Source: Stylophora pistillata
Lineage: Eukaryota
Direction of reading: 5' to 3'
NCBI RefSeq assembly: GCF_002571385.2
Contig: NW_019218301.1
Span: forward strand, 1-64,000
Length of the DNA stretch: 64,000 nt
This document shows positions 36,370 to 48,727 of this stretch, one piece after another. The notes beneath the pieces were generated by a model. That model saw only the letters and a list, made by a program, of their open reading frames with translations, was not told where the DNA came from and did not search any database. The stretch's first letter is position 1. The number at the start of each line of letters is the position of its first letter. Both the position numbers and the translations under genes were made by a program.

Positions 36370-39314
36370 AGCACCTGAAATTCCTACGTGTTTGGAACTG
36401 CAAAGTGTTACTAAGTATAACAGATTATTGTTCAATAACGTCAATTTCTTATTTGCCAGCCGAACCCAGTCAACCACGCCAGTTGTATTAATCTGTTGTC
36501 GTGTTCCTTCGATAACCGCAAGGTGATTATTGCACGCATGAGTACGTTTGTCGCTTCTGCAAGCACGCCATGGCGGTAAAGATGAAACAGTGGGGTATTG
36601 ATTGAGAATAAAGACTATTAAAAAGTTCCTTCTTACCATCTTAAAAGAGCGAAATTCAGAAGTAAACCATTTTCAAGGTTTTACTATCATGGAATTTTGC
36701 AACTGTATTTTTATCACGCGGCACACTCATCATTATGCATTCCTTGACCAGCTCGTTTGTCACAAGTGTGTGTCCATTATCAACGATCTGTGAAGAGAAA
36801 ATTGTATTTGACTTCATTGTAGAAAATCCACATCTCTTTGTCACCCTTCTTGCCGAAATCAGCGACATGCGAGAACCGAAGACATTTATTATTAACCAAG
36901 CATCGTATGCATGAAGTAGTACCTCACTGTTTCTCAGTCAAAAATTCAACACATTCACTTCCGTTGTTTATGTAAGACAAATTCTCCTTTATTATCAACG
37001 CATAATAAAAGCGGACGGTTGTTCGCAGCTTGAAAGATTTTGGCCAAAGCGGACAAATCTTCAGACTCACCACTGATAAAATAGAAGGTGGACAGAATTC
37101 GTTGTTCAAGCTATCACAACTGAATCAGTTTAGTTTACCGTCCGGGTCAATCATTTTCTTTTTATACACTGAGCAACTACAGCTGGGCAGAAGAGTTTAA
37201 TTTCTATGGCAAACTACATCAGGTCTTCCTACGGAGCAGATCAACAACAAATTTGACAACTGTTACAAGTACAACTAAAGCGTTCGATCAGCGAAAAAGT
37301 TGCTTGATTTCGAAGGAATTGATATCTTTATACTAAATACAACATTAGCACCTTTTTTCCTACGCTCTAAGCGAGATCGAAAAGCAAGTAGGCGCATCAG
37401 AACGATTTTCATTATCCCGCCAAAAAGTTCGATGTTTTGGCGCGCGCAGCTCAATTGAATAAATTTCAATTAATTTTCCGGCGTTAACGGAATATGACAG
37501 TTGTAAAATTTTAAGTACAGATATAGACTGAAACAGGCGCGCTGTTGAAGAACTGTGAAACTATGCAACTGCCTCAATTTTACCGTAGAATATATGGCAA
37601 CCGGTAATTATACAGCAAAGTCTGCCATACTTGAATTAAACAATTTGTTGGATCAGCGAAACTTAATGGAGCGCAGGGGGTCATCAGCAATAAACATAAA
37701 ATTTTGATTCTCAATAACTCCGCAAAGCTTGGTCTCGAATAAATTGATGCCTTAATACAAAGCACTCTATAGTTGGCTTTTCTTCTGCGATCAGAGCATG
37801 ATTTATTAGAAAAATAGGAGACTTGCTAAAAATAAATGTATTTGAAAGTTTCATTATCCCGCCCAAACGTTGGATCTTTTGGCGCGCAGAGCAACATTGA
37901 ACAAACTACGATGAAAAGGTAACGCCAGTGCTATTTTTCAGTGTCGACGAAATTTTATAACTTTTAAAGTTTCAACTGATAAAATAGAAGCCACGAAAAT
38001 TGTCATGACAAAACTTGTCCTTTGACTTTTGTCGAGCTATTTCCAGTTTGTCCGTTAAAGTGCGGTTAGCACCTTTAACGCTGTTAATGCATGACTGTTC
38101 ACGACGATATCAGGAAATAATTTATCATTAACAAAGCGAAAGCAGGCGTCATCTGCTTTTCTGTTCAAACTTACCCAAGTACACAGCATACCTCTGAGAA
38201 GTTACCATATAAAAAACTAAGACTTACTTCATTTCATTCGAACGAAGGAATTTCTAGCAATCACCGTGAGTCGCGCACTCAGTTACAACACGTGCACTTT
38301 GAAGAACTGCGATTTGAGGCGATTGCTTCCGTTTCACAGAAGAATGTACTACAATCGGTAACTAAACTAGCTAAGGCTATCTTGGCCAAGTGAAAGTTCA
38401 CGGCGCGCGGCGAAATATAAGCAACTTAAATTTAAATGTTTGATTCTGAATAATCCTGCTAAGCTAAGAGAATTTTCCTTGTAAAATAAGTAATCATATG
38501 ATATGCACCAAGTTATCCTTAAAAAAGAAAACAGAGGAAACAAACCTACATTGACAACTTTTCCTTGCTTCACACACGCGAAGGAAGCTGAAATCGGCTG
38601 AGCGTGGAATACTGAGGTGGCAAAAAACATCCGGCGTCAATCCCGTGAACGAGGCTGACATCTCGCAACGACTCTAGCCCAGTCCTTCCTGTTTGTGCCT
38701 CCACCTCAGTAAGAAGTAGGCAGTTTTAAGAAGTGGAACAAACACGAGGACTGACAGAAGTTTATCAATATCAGCTGTTTGATGAAAGTAATGAAATAAC
38801 AACTAGCTTGTCCTTATAGCCTGATAATTCAACTTCTTGATGCAAGAAGAAGAGTCCTTAGAAATACCTACATGATAACGCGCGCTGTGATTAGCGAATA
38901 TGTTATGAAAAATAAATAAATGGATCATAGAGATGGTTATGGCTGACCTCATTGTAGGTGAAAAGTTCCCGTCGAGTTTTAGCCGTGAGATTTCAAAACT
39001 TTTAAAATTGTTTTTCCGTTCTATCCTGATTGAAAAAAAGCTCAAAATGAAAAGAAAATATGCTGAATAGTATTTATTTCGAAAAACAATGACCATAAAG
39101 GACTTCAAGCAAAAGTAAAAGTAAAACGAAGGACTCGAGTAATTTTTGATTCGAATGTGTTACATTGTATATAATCTGAGAACCCAACATCTCCTCTAGC
39201 TGACACAACTCTTCCTTTGTTTTCTAGTTGTTCAAAATCGTGGTGTTAGCTGGCAACTTTATTTACTGCTGACATAAAAATTCCATCAGAGAGATCAATA
39301 TTTATTGTCAAAAT

Positions 39315-40422
39315 AGCCCTTATTCCAGTTCCGCGTGCGCGGTTTAGTTGGACAGCGGTATGCTATGGTTGCGTACGCGAAAGCGAGGCTATCGGGTCAA
39401 GCTTCCCTGAAGATTACTAGCAGAAGTGTAGAAAATATTATATCGCTGTTAAAGTCTAGGTAAAACATAATGGTTAGACACTGTATAGCCTTTGGCTGTA
39501 CGAGCCGAAGTTCAAAAGAAGATTGTTGTGGCCTCTCATGGCATTCGTTGCCGCTATCAAACAAAGGTCATCTCCAGAAATGGCTGGTAAAAATCGGAAG
39601 GGAGAACACTCCTTTAAACAAAAATTCCTATCTATGTAGCAAGAATTTTGAGCCTGAGTGCTTTGTAAAGTCCCTAGGAGGACAGCGAATGCGACTCAAA
39701 CCGGACGCTATACCTACGAAGTTTATTTTCTCCGCTGAAAAGCCACGGAGGAAAATACCTCATGATCGACAAGCAGCAACAACAACAACAAAGAGGATAA
39801 GTGAGACTGAGAGATGTCTCAAGGTGAGTAAGGATACGACTGTGGACATCAATGTCATTGATGAGCAACTGAAGAGCATCGAAAACACAGATCCAATCAT
39901 GTTCAAAGATCCTCTCGAATCCACAGAATCAGGAAGACCACTGCTTGTAACAGCTGTGGTGGTACTAGTGGTTTTGCTCGCTTCGTTCACTTCTTTACAT
40001 GTGCTGCCACTTTTCAAGAAAATCGTCATCCCATTAAGATTCTGTAATGATTTATCATCAGGGTAAAAATGCCAAGATTTAAATAAATATTATGAACTCA
40101 CCTTTGAACTTGCAGGGGTTTCGAAACTGTCGATCCAGCACTTTCATCTTTGGCAATTTCTTTGCGATATGAAAGCCATTCCTTTAGCCTTTCTTTTGTA
40201 ACATCACGAGGACGCTTACCGCTTAATATTTTCCCTTTCTCTTCGGCAGATAAAAATACTGACTTTGAAAATAATTCAACATTTTCGACACTCATGCTAA
40301 ATTCGACCCCTCAGCTTCTGTAATCTTCGAGAAAGCTTTACCCTATAGCCTCGCTTTCGTGTGCACTAATAGAGGAAGCCGCTGTCCAACTACGCAGCGC
40401 ACGCAGAACTGGAATAAGGGCT
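39315..40422. mobile_element. ISL2EU-like (PHIS superfamily) DNA transposon deletion derivative: THAP ORF on + (from 39470) and a convergent second ORF on - (from 40295)
   Basis: About 100-bp imperfect inverted repeats starting AGCCCTTATTCCAGTTC, flanked by AT (39313-39314, 40423-40424). THAP domain MVRHCIAFGC...WHSLP...KWLVKIGR...LCSKNFEPECF...LKPDAIPT. No DDE region remains. Confidence 0.75.
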
Positions 40423-40717
40423 ATGAGGCTGTGTTCTCAGCTCAGTAATTTCTCTTGTGCTTGCATGATGTGTATGGCATTTTTCTTTTCCATCTTTTTT
40501 CATCTTTTAATCATGTTTGTTTATGTTATGTCTCGCAAATGACCGCATCAACCATCATAGATTAGCAGCAGCTGACACCATACGACCGAGGGTCTGGGTT
40601 CTAAAATAATTTTAACTTTACTATAAATATTCACTTCCTCACTATGAATTCATCGTAGCAACCCTAATATAGGAGAGTTTTATGAATGTTCGTCTTTTTG
40701 TGTGAGCAGGACAATCA

Positions 40718-43700
40718 ATGAAATTGTGGCAAGTGTTATTCTTGTTTGCTGCTTTATCGAAACATTCTTGGGATAACAAAATATTTGTAGATGCAGCTGG
40801 AGAGAATCTGAAAGGTAACTTTCTCCAGAGAGAGCTGCAATATGTGGCCCAAATTCACGATAAACTACACGACACTGCTGGATGCAACGATGTTGCAGTT
40901 CTCAACGTAGCGTTTGATAGCAAGAGATGGAAAAATGAAGCTCTCGTGGCAGTCAAAGTCGCCAATCTCTTGACTTCTCTCTGACCAGTGAAATCGTCCA
41001 CTACTGCCGAATCTGTTGTAGACAATGACATTTTACTGTATCAAATAGCTCGCTATAACGTCCGCTTTTCACCATCTGTTTACGGATCAGTAGTATGTTT
41101 TGAGCCAAACTTGTACAGGGACTTTGAACGGTTTTGTCCTTATGCTTTCATGGACAATAGACTGAACGGAATCATCCATGTTGTGGAACTTTCGCAGACG
41201 GAAGATTACGACTACTCGACGAGTCCAAACGCTATTTGGTGGACTGGAATCAGAAAAAAAAACTAGAAATAAGAAGCCAACAGACTGGACATAAGTGACC
41301 GACTTTTATTCAGTGAGACACGCGAACGAAAGCTTTGAGAATGATACCCGCGACGGATTACTTGTGACATTCGAAGATGGTTTGTGGACTCGGCCGTATT
41401 TCGATTGTTTCGGTGGCAAAGCGTGGATGGTATTCTATCTTGCTCCAGTTCTAAACGAAAGCAGCGAATTTTTGTGAGTCTTTGTTTTTTGAATCATTTT
41501 ACCTTTATCTCTTATTAATCTAATCTTCAATGTTCAATTGTTTTTCAATTAAATTCTAAGCCAAGTGCGTTGGCTAGGTCTCATGGTTTAAAGTGACTGC
41601 ATTATTATTTGAGTACGATGTTTTCTGTAAAACGATAACAAAGTGTTGTTATTATTAATTCTTGTCGATGGCAGAGACGGACTGACGTTTCGTTCGGCAG
41701 GTTGTCGCAGCCTCTTTTCCTAGACTTATCCAAGACTTACTAAACTTGAAATATTGCTATTGCCTTTTCCAAAAATAATAAATTCACAAACTCATCCGAT
41801 CTGTGGTTTGATTGGCAAAAGCACTTCTAAACTTTAGATGATGGTTCCGCGCGCACAGAAATTTAAAAGTCGTTAAGACACATCAGATNNTNNNAAAAAA
41901 NANNNNNNAAANNNNTNNNNAAAAAGAATCGCGACTAAAAATTTTAACATTTCTTTGAAATATGAATGAAATATACAATGAACAGCATATTGTAACAACT
42001 CTGTGTTAACCTTTTCCAGTTCAAAACATTTAACCTATAAATCAACTTGGTGAGTTTTTGGCCATTAGGAGAAAGCAAACTTCTAATATGCCCATGATTC
42101 ATTTTAGGCAGGGACTCCGCCGAGGTTGCAAAACGTTCTTTTCAGCACAACGATTTAACGTAATACTTAGGTCAGAAAGAAAAATATGCGGATATAAAGG
42201 GAAAAGACGAAAATTCATCAAGTAGCCGGAATGTAAGCAAATTGAGAGCATAAAACAACCCCCACATCTGTTCAGGATAGCCGTGTTGTTTTTAGACATC
42301 GTTCGTTATACGGAGACAAATTAATAGGAAACCGGTTGAAAAACCGCAGACAAAGCAGCTAGTTAGATAAACAGTCCAACTATAAAGAATGGGGTGGAAA
42401 ACAAGATGTTAGCTATATTACACTTTCTCTTTCTTAAACTTATTTTTCCTTCATCGCATGCAAATAATTTAAAGATTTGAAATGTAGCTAATAAATACTG
42501 CAACATTTTTATCAGGCTAAATGAAACTGAGCGGCCAAATGGTGTTATTTTTGGGGAGTTCTAATTGTAGTAATTAGGCGGTCACTATTTATATGCAAAA
42601 ATTTATAATTTTTTATGGGAAAAAATTAGTACGTGGGCAGCTTAAAACATCAATTAAAAAGTAATGTATGTTCAATTCATTTGAATCTTAATTGGCAATG
42701 TTTGTAGAAAAACTGTGCGCTGTGTCGGTTGGGGTATCATAAGATAGTTTGGTTTTATCAACAGAGTTAAAAATATAAATTGCTGCCTTGAAGAGTTTCT
42801 TAAGTTGATGTATCGAGCGTCAGCCCTTCGTCAGAACTAAAAACTAAAGGCTAACGTTTGAAAAGTTACCTTTAAAAACTCTTTACTGCGGCCAATTTCA
42901 ACAACTCAGTTGGCAAAGCCAAATTTATATTGAATTTTAATTGCTTGTATAAATTTACTTCAAATCAGTCTTTCTACCGTTTAAAGCTAATTACTAAAGG
43001 GCCAACAGAATAAAAACAAAATGCTGAGCAACATTTTTGCGAAGCAAATCATTTTTCCCGCGCACGGGACTAATGTTTGAACATTTTTCTTTATACCAGC
43101 GAACGAGCTTTTGTTTCAACACCTTTTTTTTACATCTGGGTGAACTTGCTTGTACTGGCTGTACGCACGACGGCTGTCACATATGAAACTGGTCAGTTTG
43201 TTACCAGCTCGCTAGCAATCTCGTTCAAGAGCTTCAGTTCCCCAATACAGCGGTTAAGGGCCAGGCATGCGCAAGGGAATTAATTTTGGCCGGTTGTGTG
43301 GCAATTTCCTGCGCAAAATTTTAAAGAAAACATAGAAAATAACCGCTGCCCTGCAAAACAAGCAAAACATTTCAAACTTTTATGGAAATATGTAAAGGGA
43401 AACAAAAAGTATGAAAAAAGAAAACTTAGGAGTTAAGAACACTAAAATTAATTGATTACGAGTATCCTGGTACTGGCTGGAAGCGAGAGTAGCTCGCAAA
43501 CAAAGTCTTTCTGATTCAGCTTGTAGAGCATTCGGCGGAGGTTTCAGAATTGGCATTAGTTCGAATTTCTACAAAAATGTGGAAAATGTTAAACATTGAT
43601 CTTTCTGAAAAAGTAAGAACAGCTTTACGTTCTGCAGCCTTGGAAATAGACCTTGGCCAAATAATTTTTCTGCTTTTTTCAGAGATACAATAAGCGTGGA

Positions 43701-46700
43701 TATTTCGCTTGAAGATGTCGATATCGACCAGTGCGATGCCCAGGACTCTGCTGAACAACAAAGTGTAGAAGAAACTGGTGACAAACCCAAACCAAACCGC
43801 TTAAGCACATTCATGGGAACTCACAGGTGTAAAAAGAGCACAAAGGCAAGTTACGCAGACAGAGGAAAATCCACCACATAAACATTACTTAGATTCTGTA
43901 GTGGATTAGATGAAAACCATCCCTGCTCCCGGACCATCCCAATCTATAATCATCCGTTAATTTGTCTTAATGGAACAAGAAGCGTAAATCCTGATAAATA
44001 GTTATCTTTTTACAGTGTGTACCAGTCCCTTTCCAAGGATTCAAACGCAGCAGCTATCGCTGTACCTGCAAACGAGGCTACTTCTTTCCACACCCCACAG
44101 CAACTCAAAAATACTTTATTGGGCAGCTCCTGGAAGAAGAATACGACAAAATGCTGAGAGGCGAATCTAACCTGTACGAGGACCACTTTGAGTGTCTCGC
44201 GTGTAGTGAAGGCTGTGAAGAATGTGTAGATGGCAGCGCTTGCGTGTATGATGTATATACAAAGCTGAGATATTCCCTCCTTGTAATGAACTGTCTAGTT
44301 GTCGTCATTTCTCTGGTCTTCGCAGCAATGGTGTACAAACATTGGCAGAATAAGGTAAGAAAGGGAAAAGGAAACCAGTCCAGTTTGGGTTCATAATGCT
44401 CGTCACTGAGGTACTGGTTCCAGGTCTCTAACTCTGACCCTTTTTGTACAGCAACCCACATTACGCTTTCCTTTTTACATGTTTCAGAGGAAAGCACAAC
44501 TTATACTACAGTTCTAAAACTCCACACTGTTATGGACCCAAAGCCTAAAAGTCATATTATTTAGCGTATCAGAAACGTCCAAAAGTTAATGAACGCCGCT
44601 GCGATCAATCGTGTAAGTGCGGAAACCAGATACCTCAAGTTACTTTTAGACCTTAAGGCTGAAAAATAACGTGACATTATTTACCTTAAAAGAGGTTAGT
44701 CTCCTGGTTGTATGGCTCTATGATTAAACCTCTCTGCTCAAATCTTTAAAAATGATATATAAATGAGTGAGTTCATGAGCAACTTTTATTCCAGTGACAG
44801 TAATTTTCCGTTCATCAGATATTTAAAGCGTCAAGTCCTCGTTTTCTCGAAATCATTATCTGCGGAGCAGTAATGATGTATGTTGAGGTAAGCAATTTGT
44901 CTTGATCAATCAAATATTTGCTGCATAGAATTAATCACAATGATTATTACATATTGCGGGCGCAATTCCTAGCTATCATGCATAACATAACATGATGTAT
45001 ACAGTTTCACTTCAGCCGCAACTTCCAGTCGAGTTTAGTCGCGAGGTTTCAAAACTTTTAAGATTGTTTTTTCGTTCCATCCCGAGTAAAATAGTCTTTT
45101 TAAAGTTTAAAACGAGTGAAAACATGCCAAATGATAACTCGTTTCGAAAAGCAATGAGCATGTAGCTCAAAACGTCTCTGAATTTTTTTGCCACCGATCC
45201 ACGCGACCCTGAGTCAAGACGGCCCCCAAAATCTTTACCTGGTAACATCAAAAAAAGTAGCCCAATATTAAGACCTATCACCCCAGTTTAGCTGTTAATG
45301 CATTTCTCTATGATGATTTAAGCTCATCGTATCGTTCCCTACACCTTCCAAAGTGCGCTGTACCTTGTCACCTTGGTTACATCACCTAGGTTTCGCCTTT
45401 GTGTATGGTTCTCTGGCTCTGAAGACATGGAGGTAAGTAGCCTGGTCTAGGCGTTCAGATAGTGAAAGGGAGCAAAATTGTAAACGATGTGTAGTGGTGA
45501 CAGAGAGGAAATGAGGGGAGCTTGAAACGAGTCATCTAATGAACGCAACCCGACCAAAACCTCTCTAGTCTTTCACTCCTCCACCACTGTCGCGCTAACT
45601 TTTACTTACTAAAGGCCTGCAACAGAACAGGAGGCAAGTTAAAAAGGATCAGCTAAGTAAATGATCCCTGTAACACAGACACTTCACGAGCCCGACATCT
45701 TACATTCCCTGTCAAATATCCCCTCACGTGACCCTATGTTCAGGTTTTCGGATGTTCAATCAACGACGTGAAACAGCCTGCCGGTCGGAACTACCACTGA
45801 AAATTTAAAAAAAAATCATACTGGAAGGCGGTCAACCAATTGTCACAGTAGTAATTTACTCCAGTTTATCGAGCAAAATAAAGTAATCAGGAAATTCAAG
45901 TTTATTCAGACTGAATGCAGGAACTCTTGTCCCCGTAAGGGGAACTTATTGTGATTACAGTTTGGAAACCTCCGCTTAAAATGTCCAGTATATGTAGTTC
46001 TAATCTAATAGTAACTAGTACTATTCATTTCCCTTTCTTTTTTTTTTTTCCTTTACTCTAGAGTGGTGTTAATTTTCCGCGTGCGCTCCGCTCGTAAGGT
46101 GGCCATAACAGACAGTGTGTTGCTACGGAGACTGTCAGTTATTGTATTGCTGTATACAAGTTATTTAACCGTTTGGATGGTGATACAGCCTCCTTCCGTT
46201 GACTCAAAAGTATTACCGCTGATAAACTCAAATACGACAGATGCTCGACAAGCTGGTTTAGACACATGATCTTAGCAGGTAAACGAAACATCCTAAATCA
46301 TGGAAGTGTCTATCAGTGCATCTCAGTATAAATACTTGAATACTCACGGGCATGGAATGTCCGGCCAAACCGAAGCAAATCAATATGTATCCAGAGAAGG
46401 TGAGAAATCTTCAGGGTACCCCGCTCCCTAGGAGATGTGTTAAACGTAAGGTTAACACGTTGGAGTCTGGGTGGAAAATTACTGTTTCGAGCAAAACTAG
46501 GTCCTTGTATTAATTAATCCGGTAAGGATTTGTCACAGTATGATTAGCAACAGCGTTAGTGAGCAGCCCGAGAAATCTGACAAATAGCTTGGAGTAGCTT
46601 GCGATGCCATCGTAATTGAATGGCATCCCATAAGAATGATGGTACTTCGATGGCCTGGCTATCAGAGACCCTGGTACACAAGCTATGTAAAGGACACTTT

Positions 46701-48727
46701 AGAAGATCCATAAATCATTCCGGAAGATCATCCGCTTTAAGTTTTCCTCCTTACTCAAAGAATTTGTCACGATTTTGATGTTATTATACTTCTTTACTTC
46801 TGATATTATTTCATTGAGTATATTTGTCACGAGTACGACTCACCAAAGCACTTTTTTCTTGGAACAATTCCAGTTGTGCAAGTCCAGCAGAAACTTTTAA
46901 TTCCTTATTTCTTTCCCTCAGCTGACTTCGTGGTCCTTGCTTGGGGAACGTGGCTCAGTTTCAAAGTGAGAAAAGTGCCACAAGTCTACAATGAAAGTAA
47001 ATTTATCGGCTATGCCATATACAACGCTACGTTTATAATCTGCTTCATCAACGTGCTAAGGTAACGCAAAAGAATTCTCAAGCTCCTGTTTTTCCAAACT
47101 CATTGGTCTGAATTTCCTTAGAAAAAAGGGCCCAGACTCAGGCAATTTTAAATTAGTAATTTTAGGCCTGAGCAGACTGAAAAAGAGTGTATACTTAAAC
47201 CCTTTGACCTCTTGGCGTGATTGGCATATAATTTCTCCCAACAACATGACCACTGAATCAAACATTAAGGTCATGAGAATAAATGAATTGATCACCAACT
47301 AAAGAGACTCTTGAATTTTCAACAAATTCTCCCTTTGCTGATTGAATAAATAAACCTATTTAATGCTCGTGAAAATTGTCTGCTTATCTCGATACGAGTG
47401 ACTAAAACAATTGTAACGGAATGATTTCACCAAAAAAAAACATTTACAGCAGAATTCAAAAGCACCTTTGCAGTTATACTAATACAGTTATTCGCCTTAG
47501 GCTCAGCGAATATTGTTGAAAAAAGATTTCGATTCAGAATAGGTGTCCCCCTCTCCCAGTTCTCTTACCTAATGTGCGTACCCCGCCCAAGGTCCCCTGC
47601 TCAGCAGCCGAATCTTGTATTTATCGTTTTAGTGCTGTGCTAAGTAACGGCTCGTCTCCCAACGTGATGTACGCCATGGAGTTTGCCAACATCCACATTA
47701 GCGCTTCGGTCACGCTGATGCTGTTGTTTTCCCACAAGGTACGACTTAGTGGGTTGTTCGCCCTATTACCTTAGAACGATTTCTAGTTCATTTAAAAAGT
47801 GTTGACGCTATACAAACGCAATCTTTATGTGGTTGAAAAGTTACGGCAAACAGGTGGTAAGACCGTTCATATGTTCTAATGATTATTATTTCCAATCTTC
47901 TTTGTAGATTGTTTTAGCTTTGGCCTTGCGAAGTAACAGCCGCCGCACCTCGCCTCAGAAGAATATGTTATCAGTTAATTCCAGCGAAGAAACTTTCGCT
48001 AAGGAACTTGACGCAACCACACTCAGTGGGGAGACCGACGAACTCAGGGTTTTCGTCGCTCTTTCTTTCTTTGTACATTTGTTCGATTACTTCTTTAATA
48101 ATTTTTAGATCTTGTTTCATGGGAACACATCTAGTACATCTGCCAGGTGGCTATTCATTTTTTTTTTTAAAAAAACAACACAAATGTTTAGCTAAGATCT
48201 AGAAATAAGATTTTAGCTTGCAAGCATTCCCCCCTTTTTTCGGCGAATTCCGTCGCGGGAGTACAAAAATATTAGGGAAAAAAAAAAAACTTGTAGTTAG
48301 CGTGCCACGCGGAACTCTGGGAATGAGACGTTTTGTGTGCCTAGAGCCTCCGCTCGGCGCGCTAACATTATTTTTTTTTTCGCTGAGTTTTTTGACTCGC
48401 GCTATGGACTTCGTCGTGAAGATGGGACTGCTCGTAGTCCAATAAGATTTCTAAGCTTTTATCGAGTATGAATTTTTACAGTTAGCTCACAAAGATTGAG
48501 ATTATTCTTTGCTGGCATTTACTAATGTTTTGCAAAACTCGCACTTGTCGCACAAACGCTCTCACAATTGGGATCAATAGCAACTGATAATCAATCATTT
48601 TTTGTTTGTTTGTTGTTTTTTTTTTCCGTAGCAGGAAGTAAAAAGACTAGCTTCAAAAGTTGCACCTCTTCAGTCTCAGTTGATGACCGAGCGATACAGG
48701 CACGTAATGAAGATTGGGTCTAGCTAA
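40718..48727 (+). pseudogene. GPR158/GPR179-like class C GPCR gene, disabled; exons approximately 40718-41473, 43683-43845, 44016-44354, 44819-44887, 45323-45432, 46062-46278, 46922-47060, 47632-47737, 47908-48047, 48631-48727
   Basis: Signal peptide; Cache-domain motifs GLWTRPYFDCFGGKAW and VDIDQC; EGF-like CVPVPFQGFKRSSYRCTCKRGYFF and CLACSEGCEECVD; 7TM motifs ASSPRFLEII, YGSLALKTWRV and YNESKFIGYAIYN. Lesions: TGA at 40982-40984, frameshift and stop at about 41254-41294, frameshift at about 46210. Confidence 0.85.

Noticed and set aside
36143-36526. Poly-Asn ORF on the plus strand and the poly-Leu tail of the minus-strand ORF
   Set aside because: Both are produced by the intronic (AAT)n microsatellite.
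36637-36870. Further upstream coding exon or death-fold domain for the NLR
   Set aside because: The donor at 36636 exists, but the frame compatible with the next exon has stops and I see no convincing DD/DED/CARD pattern; treated as probable 5'UTR.
40982-40984. In-frame TGA in the GPCR as selenocysteine or readthrough
   Set aside because: It is accompanied by further stops and frameshifts and I recognise no SECIS element; pseudogenisation is the simpler explanation.
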